Shown here piece after piece: positions 59,481-64,000 of a stretch of 64,000 bases of DNA. Under the pieces are notes generated by a model. It was not told where the DNA came from, made no database searches, and saw only the letters and a program-made list of their open reading frames with translations. Origin of the DNA: Lama guanicoe (lineage: Eukaryota). Position numbers and translations under genes: made by a program. The number at the start of each line of letters is the position of its first letter. Positions within the stretch are counted from its first letter, which is position 1. The stretch lies in NCBI GenBank assembly GCA_013239625.1, contig MU054117.1:1796011-1860010 (forward strand). The letters run 5' to 3'.

Positions 59481-62400
59481 GGGGGCATCCTGCAGGATTT
59501 AGGGGTTCATCCAACCGAATTCTCAGGTCATTTCAACTACCCCACTGTCTCTGGGCAGAGCTGAACCTCAACTGGCCCAGGGGGATTGAGAAAACCTGCT
59601 CTTTAAGGATGCTCCCACGGGGGACCCCTTTCAAGGTAACTTCTTCCAGGGTCTCACAGCCCTCTGCCTTCTAACTACAGTCCCCACCCTGCAGGTTGTG
59701 CTGGAGGGCCTCCCGGTGTGTCCCACCGCTCACCCTGGCCCCATGTCAGGACTGGTTTGTTTGAACCCGTTTGGTGGGATTTTAGGTCATCCTATGCAGA
59801 CCCTTGAACAGGCTCTCGCTCTGGGCCTCCGTGGGGTCAGGGTTGCACTCCGATCCTGTCCAGTCAGTGGAGTCCTCCAGGAGAAACGTGACCCGCCAGC
59901 CCCCAGCCGCGCTCGGCCCGTACCAGTGACTCCCGCGGACCGTGCGCCACCACGTGGCCACTGGAGAACGTTCCCGCAGGGACTTGGAGGGGCCCCTGCA
60001 GACCTGCCCACCACCGGGACAGCTCTGAAAAGGCATTTTCAGTTACAAAGCAGCCCCGAATTGGCACAAATTAAAATAAAAGCAGGAAGAAAATTAGGGA
60101 AGAAAGGGGTGGGCCTGCCCAGTTCCTGTGCTGCCTGAGAACCCGCGTTCTCTGTAAAACCACGCCCTGAGATGGGCTTCGCAGCAGAAGTCCAGAGCTC
60201 TCCTAAAACTCGCAAACAGCAGTCTTTTCTTTGAGGCTCGGGGAGATCTGTGCCCCCATTACCCACCTCTTCTACCCCTGCCCCCCCCCACTGGTTGATG
60301 CTCAGAACACACCACTGGAGGTTTGGGTTCATGGTTTTGCCCACTGTTAACACGAAATTTTTCACAGAAGGGGGTCTCACCCTGAAGATTTCATAGTAAC
60401 TTCACAGTTTATCAGACCTGGACTGAGAGCGGGGTTTGGAAGGAGAAAGAGCAAAGCTTGTTGCTTCGGAGCAATCGGGAGGGTAGGGTGGGGAACAGGG
60501 GGGTGGGCGTGGCCAAGGGGGAACTGAGGGCCAGGGAGTCTCAGCTCACAGTTGTGCCTGGGCAGAGGCACCTGGAGTGGGGAGAGAGCTGGGGGCAGCC
60601 CCAAGGACTCTCTGGCCTCATGAATGCTCTTTGTACCCAGGACAGAACTTTACCAGGTAAGCTAGGACCACAGGTTGCAGCCTTGGGGCGGACAGGGACT
60701 GTGTGGCCTTTGTGGGGTACTGGCCCTGGAACTGCTTCCTCCTCTCTCCTCCCTGGTGTGCGGGCTGATGGGCACTTCCCACAGCCCCTGGGAGAGCCCC
60801 TGAAGGAGGGATGACGTAAGTGCCCTCCTTCCCACCCTCAGCACCAGAATGAAGATGTGATATATCACCCAATTCATCTTGGTCTGGAGTCCTGAGCTCA
60901 GGCTGCTAACCTTTCTCTTAGCAGCCTCTCCTGCACCTAAGGCGCGTCTACCTGAGGCCGAGTCCACCCAGCTTAAGGACTGGTTCTGACTCCACCCCAT
61001 TCCTTCCCTGTCTGTAGAATGGAATGATTTCTAACTCGAAAACTTTTTGCAGCTCCACTGTGAGTCCATCTTTATGTCTTGAGTTGTAAAGGCTGAAGCA
61101 TCTGCGTCCTGGAAGGGGCTCAAAGAGCATCCCCCATGCCTGGAGGTAGAAAAGGCTTTTAAGTCACTCCCTCTCCTCTGGGTCCTGTTCTGAGTCCAGT
61201 CTCCTGGCCCCAGTGCCTTGGCCTATCACCATCTGCTGCCTCTGTGGTGGATTAGTCAGTTCTGGACTAACGTGTGTAGGCAGGATCCTTTAAGGACCTA
61301 CTACAAGCTACTCCATCTTTCACAGCAGCACCTTCTCTTGGGCATGTGTTTAAGGAATACAAACTAATTTAATTTCAGTCTCTGCCTAGACCAAACGCGA
61401 CTGAGACGGTGTATCTGTAAAGCAGCAACAGGGCACCTCCAGCTCAATCAGAAATGATTTTTAGATTGTCTGCTCGTTTACAATAAGCCACATCTCAGCT
61501 TCCCTCCACCGTTCACCAAACCATGCTGTGTCCACCAGCCTTTCTCAACTGAAACCAGCCTCCATGAATCTACTGCAAATGCTTCTCAGACAGGAACCAC
61601 GTCAGCCCCTTCCTGAGTGAACCACAGCCCAGGAAAAGACGCCCCCCACAGCTGATGAAGGGTGGAGGGTGGTATGGAGGGGCCCTGGCTTGTCTCTCTG
61701 AGGCCTGACACCTGCGGAAGCTGACATGAGCCCTGGGCCCTCAGCCCACCCCTCTTCCACCTTGAGGGGCCAAAGGAAAACACAAGAGCAGTTTGTTTTC
61801 TGAGAAGATGCTGTGTTGAATGCTTTCCCCCCAAACCCACACATTTCCCTACAGAGAAGGGGGCCATGCCAGGCCTTCCCAGTTAAGGCAGACGGTGTGG
61901 AGGTAACAAACATCAAACACAAGGCACTGGCTGGGGCAGAGCGGGTCGGGGGCCGGGCAGGGGAGGGGAGAAGGGGAGGAATGAAGCCTTCCGGGGCGAT
62001 GCCCAGGGATGGGAGTGGCCCCAGGAAGAGACCTGGCATCGCAGCCAGCCAACAGCAGCCCTCTCTCCTCCCTACGGCCTCCCCAGCGCAGGGACCATGA
62101 GAAGCCATAGCCCGAGGGCAGGCATGGCATCCACGAGCCACGATCTATTAACTGAAAAGTCTGTGTCCTTCCTGATCCCGTAAGGAGGCAGGGAGTCTCG
62201 TCAACCTCCAGAAGGTTCTCGAGGGGCTTCACTCTCCCATATGCCAAATCTATGCTCTTGGTGAACACAGGGCCCACCAGGTGACGTGCACCCTGTCACC
62301 ACATGGAGCCCGGGCCCAGCCGCCTGGCCTCCTGGGCCCTGCTGCAGCCCCAGAAGCCCTTCGTCACAGCGGGGGCACGTGCTCCCCGCCCTCCACACAC

Positions 62401-63479
62401 ACTGGGGTTCAGGAGGCCGCGTCCACACGCTGCCGGTGAGTCAGCGGCAGCAGCAGAAGAAAAACTGCCAGCCGCAAAGGCACCTGGGGTTATTAGTGCA
62501 AGACAGGTGTGTGAGCATCAGCTGACAGAAAGGGTGCCCAGACCACTAAGGCCAAGGGCGAGGTTCCCTGAAATGACTTCACTTTTCAGCCCCCCGGCCC
62601 TGCTCCCCTCCACGTGGGGGAGGTGCCTCAGGCGATACCCTTACATCCCCAAACCTTCCTTCCTGGTCCCTATTTCCCAGTTCAGAGTGTGGTCCAGCCC
62701 CTTCTCTTCTTCCCTTCAGGGCAGGAGAGCTGGGCTGCGAGGACTCAAGCTTTCCTCTTCCCTTCCCATCCCCTCCTGCTGGGCCCCACTCTCCTCCCCT
62801 CCCCTCTGCTTCGTCTGGTCCCCGAGGCTGGGCTGACTCGAAGTTCTGCTCCGCCTACTTGCCCAGCCTGGGGACTGAGGAGCACCGCCCACCCCCTGGG
62901 GCACAGGAAGGGCCGCCAGTTGTGTGCTTCTGGTCTGGGCGGTCGGGTTTAGCACTGCCCGAAGGGTGAGGTTAATGCCCTGATTGGTGGTTGGGGGGCT
63001 TCCTGGGAGAGGTGTGCGTGTCCTGGAGGCATGGGCCTTGGGTGGAGCTAAGAACTACCCGATGGGGGGCCAGCTCCGGGGCTGTAAATCAGCTGCTCGG
63101 TCAGGGACTGGGGGAGACCCCTGTACCAGGGAGCAGGTTTGAGGTATGCAAGGGGGACCCTTCCTAAATGCACAACTCCACTCCCTCACAGTCAATGCTG
63201 GGTCTGGACAGTTTTGGTTTCTGTTAAAAAAAAATAAAACACAATAAAATATGTCCAATAGAAGAGTTTCCAGTCCATGGTCACTGCCCCAGAGGGGCAC
63301 CGGGTGGATACTGGAATCCACCTCCCGATTCAGGCTGGTGTTGACCAAGCAGGTCTCTGCTTCCTTGACCTGGTTCGGCCACCCTTCCCGGGAGCCGTCC
63401 CATCTCTGTCCCATCTCCTGGCCTCCTCCCAAGGTCCTCCCTTCGGAGGCCCAGGGGTGGAGGGGCCTTGGCCTTGCCC

Positions 63480-64000
<521 letters not shown>

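Noticed and set aside
58704..59674. 286-aa and 203-aa overlapping ORFs
   Set aside because: CpG-island artefacts: multiple frames are open and the composition is low-complexity.

Overview
This is mammalian genomic DNA, not prokaryotic. It is GC-rich and almost entirely non-coding. Five copies of a tRNA-derived SINE (GGGAGGGTAyAGCTCAG...GCTTAGCATGCAC.AGGTCCTGGGTTCAATCCCC...A-rich tail) match my recollection of the camelid Vic-1-type SINE. I saw no Alu, B1, Bov-tA/BovB, PRE1 or Can-SINE, so the source is probably a camelid (camel, alpaca or llama). I could not recognise any protein-coding gene. The long ORFs are GC-rich or repeat artefacts, or decayed LINE-1 ORF2. The window holds ancient repeats (MIR, L2, L1M, MER3, MER5, MER58, MLT1, one ERV LTR) and several CpG-rich regulatory islands at about 5.0-5.75, 14.9-15.85, 46.1-46.3, 55.6-56.1, 58.9-59.5 and 63.5-64 kb. 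The most notable observations are: a promoter minisatellite whose 30-bp unit carries a CCAAT box plus a GC box; a 113-bp-period duplication with a palindrome at its junction next to a CTCF motif; a dense AP-1 cluster; a tailless 60-bp LINE-1 5'-end insertion with a perfect 13-bp target-site duplication; and a possible first coding exon at the right edge. I do not find convincing evidence of a wholly new biological system. Repeat family names come from memory of consensus sequences, and their boundaries are approximate.
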